DNA of 64,000 nucleotides from an uncultured delta proteobacterium (GTDB taxonomy: Bacteria > Desulfobacterota > Binatia > UBA9968), in NCBI GenBank assembly GCA_963771465.1, contig CAVYTU010000015.1, forward strand, positions 800,001 to 864,000, given 5' to 3'. The notes under the pieces are model-generated. The model ran no database searches. It saw nothing but the letters and a program-made list of their open reading frames with translations, and had not been told where the DNA came from. The translations under genes and the position numbers were made by a program. Each line of letters begins with the position of its first letter. Positions within the stretch are counted from its first letter, which is position 1. This document shows positions 63,112-64,000 of the stretch, piece after piece.

Positions 63112-64000
63112 TCATCCGCCCCACAATTCTTTGCTCGCGATGCGCGCGCCTTCGGCCATCGCTTGAAACTTCGCCCAGCCCACTTGTGGATGACCGACGC
63201 GCGAGCCGATGCCGCAGTCGGTGCCGGCGATGATGTTTTCGCGGCCGAGGATTTTAGCGTAGCGCACCAAACGGTCGGCGATCGCTTGGGGATGTTCGAT
63301 GAAATCACTGTAGTGGCCAATCACACCGGGCATGAGCATCTTGCCATCGGGCAGTTTCACTTCTTGCCAGACGCGCCACTCGTGATCGTGACATGGGTTC
63401 GACGCTTCGATGGAGTAAGCGCTGGCGCGCACCTTAAGAATCAGATCGACGATATCCTTGAGCGGGATATCGTACTTGTGCGGTCCATGGTAACTGCCCC
63501 AACACATGTGAAAGCGGATACGATCTTCCGGCAGGCCTTTCAAGGCGTGATTCAACACATCGATGCGCAGCTCCTGATACTTGCGATAATCGGCCAGGCT
63601 CATCGCCGGATGCATCTGCCACGCATCGGCCAAGTCCGGATCATCGATCTGCAGCACAAATCCCGCGTCGACGATCGCTTGGTACTCGACACTCATCGCC
63701 TCGGCGATGGCATAAAGATATTCCTCGTTGGTTTTGTAAAATTCATTTTTCATCCAGTGCTCCATGGTGCCCGGAGCTACGGCCGGTAGAAATGCTTCGG
63801 CGCAATGCTTCCCTTGGAGAGCGGCCTTCAAATTGGCGATATCGGCATTCACTTCATCTTGACCGATATATTTCAACGGCTCGACGCAGTAGAACACTCG
63901 CGCATGATGACCGATGGAAGTTCGGCCGCCGCGGTTAAAATACTCGGTAAATTCTTTCATATCGCGGCCAAAGATCGACGTGGGTTTGAAATCCGCACCG
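63112..64000 (-). CDS. Cobalamin-independent methionine synthase II family protein, 5' end outside window
   Basis: LQIDDPDL, HMCWG (HxC Zn ligands), IEASNP, IAGTDCG. Confidence 0.88.
   Translation of the reverse strand, partial: GADFKPTSIFGRDMKEFTEYFNRGGRTSIGHHARVFYCVEPLKYIGQDEVNADIANLKAALQGKHCAEAFLPAVAPGTMEHWMKNEFYKTNEEYLYAIAEAMSVEYQAIVDAGFVLQIDDPDLADAWQMHPAMSLADYRKYQELRIDVLNHALKGLPEDRIRFHMCWGSYHGPHKYDIPLKDIVDLILKVRASAYSIEASNPCHDHEWRVWQEVKLPDGKMLMPGVIGHYSDFIEHPQAIADRLVRYAKILGRENIIAGTDCGIGSRVGHPQVGWAKFQAMAEGARIASKELWGG

Overview
High-GC bacterial chromosomal window with about 55 protein genes. I saw no rRNA, tRNA, CRISPR array, integrase or transposase. Gene content includes many solo substrate-binding proteins, two MmgE/PrpD, two amidohydrolases, UbiD, an XDH-family Mo subunit and HpaB-like and M24-like paralogues. 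This resembles Candidatus Binatia/Desulfobacterota soil genomes (inference only). Main blocks: glycogen/central carbon genes (glgP, pfp, glgC), a DUF2126 / circularly permuted ATP-grasp / transglutaminase operon, an ECF sigma-anti-sigma-Spy-MacAB-OMF locus, dnaJ plus a MerR-type partner, and several catabolic clusters. The strongest hidden signal is two genes that the ORF track breaks at an in-frame TGA sitting at the catalytic Cys position. One is an exported rhodanese (47423-47857, -; IVFT-U-GTGAQS) and the other an AhpD/CMD protein (54560-55129, +; C-E-Y-U). Both TGAs are followed by GGC and a hairpin with the same CA-GGC-UG apex 21-24 nt downstream, so they are probable selenoproteins sharing one SECIS design. 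Other points: a cyanobacterial-type glgC, a degenerate GIY-YIG/TM/SPOR fusion, a decayed second-type glgP remnant, and several periodic palindromic intergenic repeats. Nine frameshifts, all +1 and one in murJ, are most likely sequencing or assembly errors.
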